Shown here piece after piece: positions 1 to 9,713 of a stretch of 64,000 nucleotides of DNA; the first letter of the stretch is position 1, and every line of letters begins with the position of its first letter. The position numbers were made by a program, and so were the translations under genes. Source of the DNA: Patescibacteria group bacterium (lineage in GTDB: Bacteria > Patescibacteriota > Microgenomatia > Levybacterales > UBA12049); contig JBBTTO010000002.1 in assembly GCA_038064195.1 (NCBI GenBank), positions 141,356 to 205,355 on the forward strand, in the 5' to 3' direction. The notes beneath the pieces were generated by a model, which did not search any database, was not told where the DNA came from, and saw nothing but the letters and a program-made list of their open reading frames with translations.

Positions 1-1374
1 ATCGGCTGTTTTTGGTAGGGGAAGACTTGTACGTCCGGATTTTTTGTAGCTAAGTAATTCATAGCGTAGCGGGGGCTATAGCCAAATTGGTCAGGGGAGA
101 AAATATAGTAGCCGAAAGAGGCGTCTTTTTGCGCGAATACTGATTGGGCAAGATCGTAGTTAAAGCGCCACGAACCAGAGTCTTTAGCAATATAGTTGTT
201 GACCAACATGTCTTTATAGACATGTGCTTGCTTCCAGGTTGCGAGAAAGACGAATGCGTATCCGATGACAAAAATATATTTCGGGAGGACTTTCCAACCA
301 CCGGCGATCATCAGGACAGTGAGTGGAAGAAAAGGCCAGGTATAGTAGTTCCAGATAACACCTTTAAAGATGAAAGCGAATATCCAGTAACCAAAAAAGA
401 GATAGAAGAAAAGGAGGGTACTTTTACCTTGTGTCGTCGTTTTATTCTTAATGGCTTTATACAAAAGAAAGGCAAAGAACGCCAAAATAAGGATTGTCAA
501 AATGCGGTCGGGAGAAGGAATCGTGGCTAGAGTGTTGATGAAGCCTTCAATCCGATTCATGAGCATCGCATGGGGGGTAAAGTTATCGACAGCCCCGCTT
601 TTCCCTGCCATGTAGGTCAAAAGCGCTTTGGTCTCCAGGAAATTATGTCTGAGGTCAAAGACAATATAGGTAGAGAGAGGCAGTAAAAGTACAAGAAAGG
701 CTGTAGAATGGGTAAATAATTTCTGTTTAAAAATTGTGTAAAAAATGAGCAGTGTACTTAACAGCAGGATCGGCATGCCGAAGGCGACCTGGAACTGGAT
801 AAGTAATCCGCCACAAAAAAGAGTTAGTAGCAAAGACCATATTTTTCTCTGCGTCAGGTAGTGATAGAGAAAATAAAAATAGAGGGGGAAGACTAAAACT
901 GCGCCAAAAGGATTAAAGAGGCTCGATGTCGTCCCGACCGAGACAGCCGACATAAGGATTGCGCTTAATACGCCAACAGTTTTTCCGTAAAGTTTGTATC
1001 CAACAAAGCCAACAAAGGCAGTTAAAAGCGCGACAAGGAATACCCAAAACCAGCCGACTATGACAGGATCACCCTTGCCTAGCACAAAAGCAGGAAGATT
1101 AAGATACAGCCAGAGAGGGCCGTGGAAAACCCCTGGGATACCGCCTGAGCGGGGACCGATAAGTGGCATACTATGATTTTTGACGACATCTTCAAGAAGT
1201 AAGAAATCTCGCGCCAAATCGGTATTAAATCCTACGTCACCATGGAGTACTGCTGTCGCACAGAGGTAGAGATTATAAAAAATGATGCCAAGACCGAGCA
1301 GAAGGAGAGAGAGTTGCAGGGGAGGGATCGTTGATAAAAGTGATTTGGGGTTTGTTTTAGTTTTCGAGCTCTTC
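1..1374 (-). CDS. Polytopic membrane glycosyltransferase-like protein (GT-C/ArnT/PMT-like); partial, C-terminus beyond the window edge
   Basis: Reverse-strand translation from GTG about 1374 gives VKSSKTKTNPKSLLSTIPPLQLSLLLLGLGIIFYNLYL...FGYSPRYAMNYLATKNPDVQVFPYQKQP with no stop down to position 1. It has many hydrophobic helices. It is absent from the ORF track because it is edge-truncated with a non-ATG start. Track ORFs 59..301, 144..530 and 994..1176 lie inside it. Confidence 0.6.
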
Positions 1375-1412
1375 ACTTAGAATATAGTAACACAATTAAC
1401 TCGTTCTCTTAA

Positions 1413-1446
1413 ACAAAAAAAACCACCATTGCTGGTGGTTTTTTAT
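1413..1446. terminator. Bidirectional rho-independent terminator hairpin
   Basis: A-run, then CCACCA-ttgc-TGGTGG, then T-run. Read on the minus strand it directly follows the tmRNA 3' end. Confidence 0.5.
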
Positions 1447-1448
1447 AT

Positions 1449-1865
1449 GTGGAGATGTCCGGGTGTGATCCGGAGTCCGAAAATGTAATTTAGAAACATC
1501 TACAAGCGTAGTTGATCATTAAATGTCGCTTTCCCGTGGCCGGTCAACAGGTATAAGAAAGCCTAGGTTTATAAATCCGGTGCTACGCGTAACCATACAT
1601 AGTCCTTAACTCAACTGTTAAGATACCCATGGTCGCCCGTTGAGAAAAGCTTCCATGAATAGCCTGCTAGACCTTAAGCAGCAAACGCAAATTGTGCGTT
1701 CACTGGCATAGAGCCAGATACAAGCTGGTCAACTCGTCTTGCGACTCGTTGTCCAACGCTTCGGAATGAATCCTTAGCATTTGTTTTTTATCAGAGTTTT
1801 ACGACTATCTAACGCGTCGGCTTGCAGTTTTTAAAGAACTAATCTCGTCGAATCAAATCATCCCC
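1449..1865 (-). ncRNA. ssrA: tmRNA (SsrA), about 417 nt
   Basis: The minus strand begins GGGGATGATTTGATTCGACGAG, the canonical tmRNA 5' end. The 3' end has a T-arm (TCCGG-ATCACAC-CCGGA) and an acceptor strand CATCTCC that pairs with 5' GGGGATG, followed by discriminator A. An internal reading frame ends ...AAC GCA CAA TTT GCG TTT GCT GCT TAA, a tag ending NAQFAFAA-stop. It is adjacent to smpB. Confidence 0.75.
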
Positions 1866-1912
1866 TTGAGAGTCTCAGGTACTAAGCCTAAGAGCCTCAA
1901 GTGAGTGACTTA

Positions 1913-2350
1913 TTAGCGGGATTTTAAATGTGCGGCCATTTCTCTTTTAAGGTCTTTACGCTTCTTCTGTTCACGCTTATCAAATTCTTTGCGTGACTTA
2001 CCGATAGCCAGTTCAACCTTAATGAGATTACGTGTAGTATACATCGAAACAGGCACGATTGTCAAGCTGGCACCGTGCGTTTTGTGCTTAAGACTGATGA
2101 TTTGCTGCTTGTGAAGGAGTAATTTTCTTGTTCGATTTTGATCATAATCCTGAGTGCGTGCGTATTCATAAGGGAAGATTTTGGCATTGATCAAATAAGC
2201 CTCACTTCCGATTATCCGGGCATAGCTACCGGTGAGGTCGGCATGGCCTTCACGCACGGCCTTGACCTCCTGGCCTTGCAGGTTAATTCCGGCTTCAAAA
2301 GTCTCGAGGAGTTCATAGTCAAAATGCGCACGCTTATTAACGATTTTCAT
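1913..2350 (-). CDS. smpB: SsrA-binding protein SmpB
   Basis: 145 aa; MKIVNKRAHFDYELLETFEAGINLQGQEVKAV...; SmpB family. Confidence 0.95.
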   Translation of the reverse strand: MKIVNKRAHFDYELLETFEAGINLQGQEVKAVREGHADLTGSYARIIGSEAYLINAKIFPYEYARTQDYDQNRTRKLLLHKQQIISLKHKTHGASLTIVPVSMYTTRNLIKVELAIGKSRKEFDKREQKKRKDLKREMAAHLKSR

Positions 2351-2434
2351 GGTTCGGCTTTGCTCACCACAAGTTCAGTGGAAGTAGCTCGTTGATATGA
2401 TAGAGGATTGAGGCGGGATTGTAAATCGAGGCGC

Positions 2435-4234
2435 CTAAAGGCCAAGCTCGTAGATTTTGCCACCTGCGAGGACGAAAGCTGATTTCTCATCAGTACTGAT
2501 CGTGAAGGCTTTGGTATCTTTGAGGATCGATGCTTGGTACTGTGCGACAAATGTGCCTGATTTATCTAGCTTCACGATACGGTTTTTGCTAGGATCCAAA
2601 ACATAGAGATTATCAATGTCACTACTCGTGAAGATAGCAAGGGGAGAGGTGAAGTCATCAGTTAGCCCGCTGACTGAAAATGACTCCTCAGTCCCCTTTG
2701 TATATTTCTTGATCGAGCCGTCTGAAAAGAGGATATAGATCGAGCCGTCAATTGCCATACTGACTGCATCTTTAAGATCAGGAGTATCACCTTTAAAATA
2801 AGTGGATGAAGCGTATTCGCCCGTACTGGTCGGTACGAATTTGAGAAGTCCTTCTTTAGGATCAAGGACGTAAAGATTGCCTGAAAAGACTCCCAGGGAT
2901 TTGGGATCAGACCAGTCAGAGTCATTTTTGACTACATCTTCTTTCTTGCTGCCTGATTTGGTTATACTGGCAATAGTTTTACTTGATATTGTATAGATAT
3001 TGTCCTCATCCTCAGTTGCGCTGCGAAGAGTACTATCCTTACTGAGTGTCTGGAGTAGAGGCGCATCCGTACCACTTATTTCTTTGGCAGTAACGCTACT
3101 TGACCCTTCTGTTTGCTCAAGCCTTTCGTCTACTTGGCTCTCAAGGTCGGTTAGCTGTTGCTCCTCTTTTGAGTCTGGCTTAAATTGCCCATGTGACTTA
3201 ACGAGAGTATCTTTGGCTGACTTGTAGTCATCACGGGCCAGCGATTTGTTAAGACTTAAAAGGCCCTCACCCTCATCAAAATCTTTTTTGGCGCTGGTAT
3301 AGATTTCCTGAAAAAGAGCTTTCTCCTTACTTGTTGCCTGCTGGCGCTGGATAAAGATAATACTGACGATTAGCAACCCAAGCAGGAGAATTGCCAGGCC
3401 TCCGACCAGCTTTTTCTGACGGGGGATCTGAAGATGGGGAAGAGTGATCTTGGGAAGGCGTGCTTTGAGTGATGGCCTATCACCTGTGTCAGTTCCTTCC
3501 TCATATGATAATGGCGATTGAGTTTTCTCTTCAATGTTCTGTTCAAGGATGGGCGGCTGGTGAATAATTGGCGGCTCGGATGGATGCGGACTTGCTGTCT
3601 CCTCAAGCAGGTCTTCACTCACAGCCCGGGAGATGCCGTTAAAGACTAAGATAATTGCTGCCGATCCACCTTCCTCTTCGCCATGGACAAGTGGCGAGAT
3701 AGTCTCGGCTATATCACTGGGAAGCGTGTATTCAAAAGCCTGGGCGAGAGTTTTTTGCGGGACACTTTCCACAAATTGTGTCGTTTGTAGCATTACAAGG
3801 TCATCTGTCTGGAGGTAGCCTGATGCGCTCTGGACGGTACGGGTTGTTTTGTCCTGGAGGTGGCTGACAATTGTGCCGATTTTCTCACCACGCTTGAGCG
3901 TAATGCGTCCTGTCCCGACGACAAAAGCATAAAGCGTATCATCTTTAATGTAGGCAAGGCAAAGTGAAAGCTCAATGCCCTCAGGTATGTCACGGATTGC
4001 CTGGTTGACAGCAGTTGTTATGGATTCAAAGGTTTTGTCCTCCAGACCGAAGAATTCAGCCTCAACGTTACTGAGGATTTGCTTGCCTATAGTCGGTAGG
4101 TTTTCTTGTAGTTCTTCATTTGAGGTGACAAGTGAGAGAGCAATAAAGAGACTGCCGGCATTATAGGCCTGAGACCATGAGGTAGCTGTGGGCGTGGCAA
4201 CTACTTTGGCAAAACTGAGATTGGTAGCTGGCAT
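2435..4234 (-). CDS. Hypothetical single-pass membrane protein with a cytoplasmic PP2C-like N-domain (tentative), a coiled-coil and a C-terminal repeat (beta-propeller-like) domain
   Basis: 599 aa; TM GGLAILLLGLLIVSIIFI mid-protein; repeated NLYVLDP.. blocks near the C-terminus; N-terminal segment LYAFVVGTGRITLKRG and DDLVMLQTTQF weakly PP2C-like. Confidence 0.75.
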   Translation of the reverse strand: MPATNLSFAKVVATPTATSWSQAYNAGSLFIALSLVTSNEELQENLPTIGKQILSNVEAEFFGLEDKTFESITTAVNQAIRDIPEGIELSLCLAYIKDDTLYAFVVGTGRITLKRGEKIGTIVSHLQDKTTRTVQSASGYLQTDDLVMLQTTQFVESVPQKTLAQAFEYTLPSDIAETISPLVHGEEEGGSAAIILVFNGISRAVSEDLLEETASPHPSEPPIIHQPPILEQNIEEKTQSPLSYEEGTDTGDRPSLKARLPKITLPHLQIPRQKKLVGGLAILLLGLLIVSIIFIQRQQATSKEKALFQEIYTSAKKDFDEGEGLLSLNKSLARDDYKSAKDTLVKSHGQFKPDSKEEQQLTDLESQVDERLEQTEGSSSVTAKEISGTDAPLLQTLSKDSTLRSATEDEDNIYTISSKTIASITKSGSKKEDVVKNDSDWSDPKSLGVFSGNLYVLDPKEGLLKFVPTSTGEYASSTYFKGDTPDLKDAVSMAIDGSIYILFSDGSIKKYTKGTEESFSVSGLTDDFTSPLAIFTSSDIDNLYVLDPSKNRIVKLDKSGTFVAQYQASILKDTKAFTISTDEKSAFVLAGGKIYELGL

Positions 4235-4237
4235 CTC

Positions 4238-4471
4238 TTATAGTATAACAAGTGCTGCAACAAAAAGGGAAATCGTGCTTAAAAGGAAAAGAATTGAGAT
4301 AAAGCTAATAAGCGGAGAACCTAAGGTGCGTTTGATTACTAAAAGCTTGGTCAAAGAGCGAATATTATTGTAAATAACTAAGACAAAGATCGAGTATATA
4401 CCTATAAAAAAAAGTATGATAACTTTTATTACTAGATTGAAGTCAATCAGAGGGAAGTTTGAGATATTCAT
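4238..4471 (-). CDS. Small hydrophobic membrane protein
   Basis: 77 aa, two predicted TM helices; abuts flanking genes (4-nt overlaps), operon-like. Confidence 0.45.
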   Translation of the reverse strand: MNISNFPLIDFNLVIKVIILFFIGIYSIFVLVIYNNIRSLTKLLVIKRTLGSPLISFISILFLLSTISLFVAALVIL

Positions 4472-5115
4472 GCTGTACCTCCTGGCATGAGCTTACTGAT
4501 GAGGCTTGTTATCCGAGCCGGATGAGGAACTTTAAGGAATTCGAAGTTGGGCTTGAGTGCTTCTGTCTCCATGAACACATCTCCGAAGTCAAAGAGGTTT
4601 TGTTTAAAACCGCTTTGTTTGTAGGAGATATCTGTGATTTCCCGTATAGTTGTTGCAGCCACATCTTTGGTACTGATGCTGTTGACATCAACATCAATAA
4701 CCCGGAGGTTAGTAACGAGCCCCACATTATAAAACCAGATAACGAAGTTGACGAAGGCAAAGCCAAAGACGATCAGATAATAAAAAATAGTGCCGATAAT
4801 GATAAAGCGAAGCGGAATCGGAAGTGAGAAGTTAAGGAAGGGGAGTGCGGCTAAGAGAGCCAGGGGTAAGATAGCCAAGAGGATCGTTCCTGTTTGCCAT
4901 TCCAGATTGGTTGTGTAATGCCGGCGGAGGAAAAGAAGAATTTTTTCATCTTCTCTTTGGTTTTCAAAGGCAACTCCTTCAGGCATTTCATGGAAACAGG
5001 TGAGGATGTGAGGCTCTGTCGTTTTGAGTTCAACTTGACCCGGCGTAGCTCTCTTAAGGGGGTGAGTTGTCGAATCTACCTCTGGTGTGGAATCTGATAT
5101 ATAGAGATCAGGCAT
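4468..5115 (-). CDS. Membrane protein with bacterial PH (bPH_2/YdbT-like) domain
   Basis: 215 aa; two TM helices followed by a soluble domain resembling YdbS/YdbT-type bPH_2. Confidence 0.55.
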   Translation of the reverse strand: MPDLYISDSTPEVDSTTHPLKRATPGQVELKTTEPHILTCFHEMPEGVAFENQREDEKILLFLRRHYTTNLEWQTGTILLAILPLALLAALPFLNFSLPIPLRFIIIGTIFYYLIVFGFAFVNFVIWFYNVGLVTNLRVIDVDVNSISTKDVAATTIREITDISYKQSGFKQNLFDFGDVFMETEALKPNFEFLKVPHPARITSLISKLMPGGTA

Positions 5116-5223
5116 ATAAGAAGATCAAAAGTAAAAATGTAAAAGTCAAAATATGGGTAGTTTTTTGATATTTGATTTTTGAATTCTGATCTTCCGTATT
5201 ATACCTCATCTGAGCAACTGAAG

Positions 5224-6912
5224 CTATTTATGCTCGATATTAAAAAAGGCGAATCCGCTTTGGGGGATTGACAAGCGACCCGGTGCGCGTAAGTTAAATG
5301 CTCGCTTAAAATCATCTCCTGACATACTCACCCCGTTAATTGTTACGTTAGTTGTGGAGCCATTACCCTGCGAAACCGAGACACTGGTGGCGCTACTCAG
5401 TCCTCCGTTACCTGAGACCAGATTTTTTAACTCATCCATACTATACGGATTACCTCCCCAGCAGGAGCTAATTGGTGTAATTCTTGATGTGTCGACACCA
5501 CCGGTTCTTAATGCTATGGCGGCATTGACAATGTCAGCCATTTCTTGGGGACTTAGCCATGGATTTGTTCTCCCGCATTTATCTGAACTCGTACTATATC
5601 CTTGTGTATACCACGCTTTATAAAGCCATGGAGACCCCCCGATTTTTTCGTAGGCTTTATCGGTAAAGTTAGTTCCTCCTGAGCCATCAGTTGTATCCCA
5701 GCCGGAGGTGGTAAGATAGCCACCGGTTGTAGAGGAAAAGTAGGTGACGACGTCTTCAATTACTTGCCCACGTGTAGCTTGTACTGCTTGTTTCCAGGCA
5801 TCAGGTGGATTATCCGCTTTTGAGCTTGAGAAGACCTGACATCCCTCATTAGTACAAATGGAGGTTCCCTGGACTTTGTATCTATAGGCATATGTTCGAG
5901 CTGCAATTGCCTGAGCTTTTAACGCTTCCGTAGGCCAGGTAGACGGCATTTCAGCAATTCCCATGAGATATCTGTCTTCAAAATTCATACTTCCAAGTCC
6001 ATCTACCTGAATATCCCCTCCGGTATCCTTACTGACAGGATCTTTGCCGTAATAGGCATGAAGAATCTGATTTGTACTCTGTCCTTGAGAAGCCCTTCCC
6101 CGTGCTCCGTACTGACTGAGACCTTTTCTATGCGTATAGGCGCCAAAGGCGAAGGCGGCGAAATAGCCACTTGGTGCTGCCTCACGGAAGCCTTTAATTG
6201 ATGCGTTATAGTCATCCGCCAGATCACTGTCGCCAATTGAGACAGTAAAGCCTCCGCTACGTGAGTTAACAATCTCCTGTTGCTTAGCTGAAAGTTCTGC
6301 AATTTTGCCAGATACTTCGGCCTGGTATGTTTTGGCGCCTTTAATAACCGTATCTAACTTACCTGACTGTTCGTCCAGTGTCGCTTTAATACTGACCAGC
6401 CTTTTTTGCTCATTCTCAAGTACAGCTTTTCTTTGTTCTAAGTCAGTAATGGTGAGAGCAATATTAGTGATCACTGATTTGTCTTGGTTTGTTTTAGCCC
6501 GTTGGTAGGCAAGTAGCTGCGTTATCTCTGAAGCAGATCCGGCGGAGAAGAAGAGTTGGAGCGGGTTATTATAGTAACTTTTAATATAGTAATCCCGAAT
6601 CGTTTTATTGAGCATTTCCTCTTTATCGCCTAAGTTTTTATAGCCATCCTCGATATTTTTTTTCTTAACGGCCATATCTGACTCAATTGTCGTGACGCGG
6701 TTTTTAATGCCAGTTATTTGTGTCTGGATCGCGGTCAGTTGTGACTCGAGGGGTTTGGTGGCAGCGATCGATTGATTAAGGGCTGTGGTGAGATCACCGA
6801 TTTGTTTATTAAGGTCGTCTAGTTCATCTGAATAAGTGACAGGAAGAGGAAGACCGACTACCAAAAGGATAAGAACACACAAGAACAAAATACTCCGAAG
6901 GATTTTGGGCAT
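5224..6912 (-). CDS. SpoIID/LytB-domain protein with N-terminal signal anchor and coiled-coil
   Basis: The track ORF extends to 7008 from a GTG/TTG start. The likely start is MPKILRSILFLCVLILLVVGL. The C-terminal domain has the SpoIID/LytB hallmark ...ALKAQAIAARTYAYRY... Confidence 0.8.
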   Translation of the reverse strand: MPKILRSILFLCVLILLVVGLPLPVTYSDELDDLNKQIGDLTTALNQSIAATKPLESQLTAIQTQITGIKNRVTTIESDMAVKKKNIEDGYKNLGDKEEMLNKTIRDYYIKSYYNNPLQLFFSAGSASEITQLLAYQRAKTNQDKSVITNIALTITDLEQRKAVLENEQKRLVSIKATLDEQSGKLDTVIKGAKTYQAEVSGKIAELSAKQQEIVNSRSGGFTVSIGDSDLADDYNASIKGFREAAPSGYFAAFAFGAYTHRKGLSQYGARGRASQGQSTNQILHAYYGKDPVSKDTGGDIQVDGLGSMNFEDRYLMGIAEMPSTWPTEALKAQAIAARTYAYRYKVQGTSICTNEGCQVFSSSKADNPPDAWKQAVQATRGQVIEDVVTYFSSTTGGYLTTSGWDTTDGSGGTNFTDKAYEKIGGSPWLYKAWYTQGYSTSSDKCGRTNPWLSPQEMADIVNAAIALRTGGVDTSRITPISSCWGGNPYSMDELKNLVSGNGGLSSATSVSVSQGNGSTTNVTINGVSMSGDDFKRAFNLRAPGRLSIPQSGFAFFNIEHK

Positions 6913-7000
6913 CCATTCATTATAGCAAATGCTGTCACTATCGCCACTTTTACTTGCAAAAAGAAGAAAGTATGCTACACTCAGGGGACTTTTAGCGTAT

Positions 7001-7588
7001 ATGGACAAGCAATTCTCAAACTTCAGTAGTTATACCAAGCCGCCTGCATCTGCTAAAAAAAGAGCTTTTATTTATGTTTTGCTTTTTGTCGTTCTGATCG
7101 GTCTGGCAATTGTTGCCGGGAATTATTTTCTTTCAAGTAAAAAAGCAAAGTCGAAAGTCGAGCCGACGCCTACCCCCACTCCGACAATTGTTATTCCAAC
7201 CGCAACACCTACGGCCAGCCCGTCAGGTAAGTCCACACCCACCCCAACTGTTAAAGTATCACCTACAGCTAAAGTGAGTCCTACTGTCTCCCCGACAACT
7301 GCAGTTAGTAAGACGCTGACGATTCAAGTGTTGAACGGGTCAGGTACTAAGGGGGAAGCGGGGAAAGTTGCCTCACTTCTTAAGGCAGCGGGGTATAGTA
7401 TCTCCTCAACCGGTAACGCCGATACCTTCGACTATCAAAAAACAGTTATTCAGATTAAGAAAAGTAAGCTCTCCTATGCTACACAGCTTAAAAAAGATTT
7501 GTCAGCTTCCTATACGGTTGATCCGACAGTTCAAACACTTGCCGAGAGCTCAGAAGCAGATGCTATAGTTATAGTAGGTGCAGAGTAG
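7001..7588 (+). CDS. Membrane-anchored LytR_C-domain protein with PT-rich linker
   Basis: The track ORF starts at 6929 with a non-ATG start; ATG at 7001 gives MDKQFSNF... It has a TM helix and a TPTPTPT linker. The C-terminus VLNGSGTKGEAGKVASLLKAAGY matches LytR_C. Confidence 0.7.
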   Translation: MDKQFSNFSSYTKPPASAKKRAFIYVLLFVVLIGLAIVAGNYFLSSKKAKSKVEPTPTPTPTIVIPTATPTASPSGKSTPTPTVKVSPTAKVSPTVSPTTAVSKTLTIQVLNGSGTKGEAGKVASLLKAAGYSISSTGNADTFDYQKTVIQIKKSKLSYATQLKKDLSASYTVDPTVQTLAESSEADAIVIVGAE

Positions 7589-7597
7589 CACCTCACT

Positions 7598-8548
7598 ATG
7601 ACACTAGACGCAGTAACCATAGGCAACGCGACTATTGACGCTTTTCTTATCCTTGCCGGCTCCAATTCAGCTGTTTCGTTAGACAATGTCCATAAGCGAT
7701 TGTGTGTTGACTATGGGCAGAAGATCCCGCTTGAATCCTGTGATTTTTTCCTTGGAGGTAATGCCTGTAATGTGGCTGTGGGGTTAAGCCGCGCCGGGTT
7801 TAAGACGGCAATTATTGCAGAAATTGCCAGGGACGAATTTTCAGAGAAGATTTTAAACGGTCTAAAAAAAGAAGATGTGGAGACTGATTTTTTACTAAGA
7901 GGGGAGGGTCAGTCGTCTTTTAGTATTGCGCTTAATTTCCAGGGTGAGCGTACTCTTTTTGTGGAGCATCGTGATAGGCAGCATAATTTTAACTTGAACG
8001 AGATTGAGGCCAAAGCGCTGTATCTTACCTCACTTGGGCATACCTGGCAACATGTCTATAAAAAAGTCGCCGCTTATCTTCAAATGCGCCGTGAGGTAGT
8101 CTTGGCTTTTAATCCGGGTACAACACAATTCTTAGATGGGGTCAAAACCTTTGACTTTATTTTTCCGTTAACGACAATTCTTTTTGTCAATCGTGAAGAA
8201 GCCGAGAAGATTGTGGGTCGCAAAGAAGATATCCCCTCCCTCCTCGCTGATTTACAAGCAACGGGTGCGAAAATTGTCAGCTTGACGGATGGCGCGCGCG
8301 GAGGCTATGCTATTGACGAGCAAGGGAAGATACACCATCAACCCATCATTACCTGTCCGGTTGTGGAGCGGACAGGAGCAGGAGATGCCTATGCAACAGG
8401 CTTTCTGGCAGCCTTTATGCAGGGGCAACCGGTCTCAACCTGTATGCTCTGGGGGGCACATAATGCTGCCTCAGTTATCGGACAAATCGGAGCACAGCCG
8501 GGATTATTGAGAAAAGAGGAATTAGAAATGAAAAATCCTAAGTTCTAA
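7598..8548 (+). CDS. PfkB-family carbohydrate kinase (ribokinase-like)
   Basis: 316 aa; GGNACNVAVGLSRAGF and DTTGAGDAYATGFLAAF motifs. Confidence 0.9.
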   Translation: MTLDAVTIGNATIDAFLILAGSNSAVSLDNVHKRLCVDYGQKIPLESCDFFLGGNACNVAVGLSRAGFKTAIIAEIARDEFSEKILNGLKKEDVETDFLLRGEGQSSFSIALNFQGERTLFVEHRDRQHNFNLNEIEAKALYLTSLGHTWQHVYKKVAAYLQMRREVVLAFNPGTTQFLDGVKTFDFIFPLTTILFVNREEAEKIVGRKEDIPSLLADLQATGAKIVSLTDGARGGYAIDEQGKIHHQPIITCPVVERTGAGDAYATGFLAAFMQGQPVSTCMLWGAHNAASVIGQIGAQPGLLRKEELEMKNPKF

Positions 8549-8635
8549 TATCGAAACTCGAAACAAATTTAAAATGCAAATTACAAATATCAAAAATTAT
8601 TTCGGATTTCGTGCTTTGGTATTCGAATTTAGTAT

Positions 8636-9079
8636 ATGAAAGTATATATTGGAGCTGACCATAGGGGTTTTGCCCTCAAAGAAAAACTTAAGCAGGGATT
8701 AGGAGATGTTGACGTAATTGATATGGGTGCTTTTGAGCATCAACCGACTGATGATTTTGTAGATTTTGCAAAAGTAGTTGCACAGAAAGTAAGCACAGAT
8801 ACTACTGCCCGTGGAGTTCTCATTTGTGGAAGTGGTGCGGGGATGTGTATTGCTGCCAATAAGGTAACGGGCGTCCGTTCAAGTGTCGGGCATTCGGTTA
8901 AAGAAGTTATAGCCGCCAGGCATGACGATGATATTAATGTGCTTGCCCTCCCCTCAGATTTTGTTGATGATACACTGGCTTTGGAGATGGTAAAAGCATT
9001 TCTTACTACGGCATTTATTCCTGAAGAGCGTTTTGTTCGCCGGATTGCCAAGATAAAGGAGCTTGAGACGCATGCATGA
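8636..9079 (+). CDS. rpiB: Ribose-5-phosphate isomerase B
   Basis: 147 aa; MKVYIGADHRGF...GVLICGSGAGMCIAANK. Confidence 0.95.
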   Translation: MKVYIGADHRGFALKEKLKQGLGDVDVIDMGAFEHQPTDDFVDFAKVVAQKVSTDTTARGVLICGSGAGMCIAANKVTGVRSSVGHSVKEVIAARHDDDINVLALPSDFVDDTLALEMVKAFLTTAFIPEERFVRRIAKIKELETHA

Positions 9080-9713
9080 AATACTCCCCGGAATTTTAGA
9101 ACAGGACTGGAGTGCTATTGAGAAAAAACTCGAGATTATAAAACCTTTTGCTCAGTCAGTTCATGTGGATATTATTGACGGTAAGTTTGCTCCGAATACC
9201 ACCTTTCTTGACCCCAGCCCCTACGCGCGCTATACCAAAGATATGCTGTTTGAACTGCACATGATGGTTGAGGAGCCGGAAAGTTATTTGGAGGCATGGG
9301 CAAAAGCGGGCTTTCGTCGCTTCATCGGTCATATTGAGAAGATGAGTGACCAGACGTCATTTATTGCTAAGGCTGAGGAGTTGGGAGAGGCAGGGTTGGC
9401 AGTTGACGGCAAGACAAGTCTGGAGCAGATAAAGGTCAGTTACCAGGATATAGATACAATGTTAATAATGACGATCAATGCCGGCTTTTCAGGGCAATCC
9501 TTTATGCCTGAGTACTTGGATAAAGTTAAGACGTTATCGGATTTGGAGCTGTTCCCAATTGAGATAGATGGAGGAGTGAATAGTCAGACAATCAAGCAGG
9601 GTCTGGCAGCCGGGGCAAGGCGATTTGTCTCAACCAGCTATCTTTTCTCCAGCCCTGCCCCGGAAAAAGCATATCACGGACTTCTCTCTAGCGCCGCGTC
9701 TGTGTCGGCGTGA
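9063..9713 (+). CDS. rpe: Ribulose-phosphate 3-epimerase
   Basis: 216 aa; HVDIIDGKFAPN, HMMVEEP, IDGGVN. Confidence 0.95.
   Translation: MRRMHEILPGILEQDWSAIEKKLEIIKPFAQSVHVDIIDGKFAPNTTFLDPSPYARYTKDMLFELHMMVEEPESYLEAWAKAGFRRFIGHIEKMSDQTSFIAKAEELGEAGLAVDGKTSLEQIKVSYQDIDTMLIMTINAGFSGQSFMPEYLDKVKTLSDLELFPIEIDGGVNSQTIKQGLAAGARRFVSTSYLFSSPAPEKAYHGLLSSAASVSA

Noticed and set aside
59-1176. Track ORFs 59..301(-), 144..530(+) and 994..1176(+)
   Set aside because: They are embedded in the long edge-truncated minus-strand membrane-protein frame (1..1374), which has coherent TM-helix periodicity.
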